This document shows positions 16,122-16,335 of a stretch of 16,335 nucleotides of DNA, piece after piece; position 1 is the stretch's first letter, and each line of letters opens with the position of its first letter. The translations under genes and the position numbers were made by a program. The notes beneath the pieces were generated by a model, which searched no databases, was not told the DNA's origin, and saw only the letters and a program-made list of their open reading frames with translations. Source of the stretch: Pedosphaera sp. (GTDB taxonomy: Bacteria > Verrucomicrobiota > Verrucomicrobiia > Limisphaerales > SIBH01); assembly GCA_031414955.1 (NCBI GenBank), contig JANOQV010000015.1, forward strand, positions 1 through 16,335, given 5' to 3'.

Positions 16122-16334
16122 TCAATTTTTCTCCCGCCGCTCCCATGCGTGGCGCATCACCTCCAACCCGCGCTTCAAATAGACGCCAACCGAACCGACC
16201 GCCACGCCATGCTTCTTCGCCATTTCCTCGTAGCTCAATCCGTTGACGAAGAAATCTTGCAGCAACTCGCCTTGCGGCGGCTTCAACTCCGCCATCATCC
16301 CGCCCAGCACGTTCGCCAGTTCCTTCTGCGTCAG
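16122..16334 (-). CDS. ECF RNA polymerase sigma factor, region 4 (5'-partial)
   Basis: Frame is open to the window edge: LTQKELANVLGGMMAELKPPQGELLQDFFVNGLSYEEMAKKHGVAVGSVGVYLKRGLEVMR, a sigma-4 HTH pattern (GLSYEE.A...G...GSV...L.RG). Confidence 0.85.
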   Translation of the reverse strand: MTQKELANVLGGMMAELKPPQGELLQDFFVNGLSYEEMAKKHGVAVGSVGVYLKRGLEVMRHAWERREKN

Positions 16335-16335
16335 C

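Noticed and set aside
1..16335. CRISPR array, tRNA/rRNA, transposase or integrase
   Set aside because: No regularly spaced direct repeats, no RNA gene signatures and no recombinase motifs seen.

Overview
GC-rich bacterial chromosomal window. Gene style, C-terminal 'RFYRL' domain and small wHTH protein suggest Verrucomicrobiota (Pedosphaera/Limisphaera-like); this is inference. Left end (1-2000) is an accessory patch: a 5'-truncated YhcG/DUF1016 PD-(D/E)XK nuclease with a very basic tail, converging on a minus-strand toxin-antitoxin string (AbrB antitoxin, VapC, a HicA C-terminal remnant absent from the ORF track, HicB). Next come an EamA transporter, a hidden 84-aa winged-helix-like gene, an M3 oligoendopeptidase, a secreted GH18 hydrolase with two tandem beta-sandwich modules, and a DUF1080 protein. 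A minus-strand run follows: panD, lpxD, MarR, a lipoprotein HtrA protease with four PDZ domains, and a secreted trypsin-like protein lacking the catalytic His and Ser. The right end has a Gfo/Idh/MocA oxidoreductase and an ECF sigma (partial)/anti-sigma pair. Best candidate for an undescribed system: the 4-PDZ HtrA plus stand-alone pseudoprotease, which together have the domain inventory of eukaryotic Nma111/Deg7 proteases but split over two genes. Two copies of a REP-doublet-like element and heptamer tandem repeats lie between genes. All calls are from reading motifs by eye; no database search was run.
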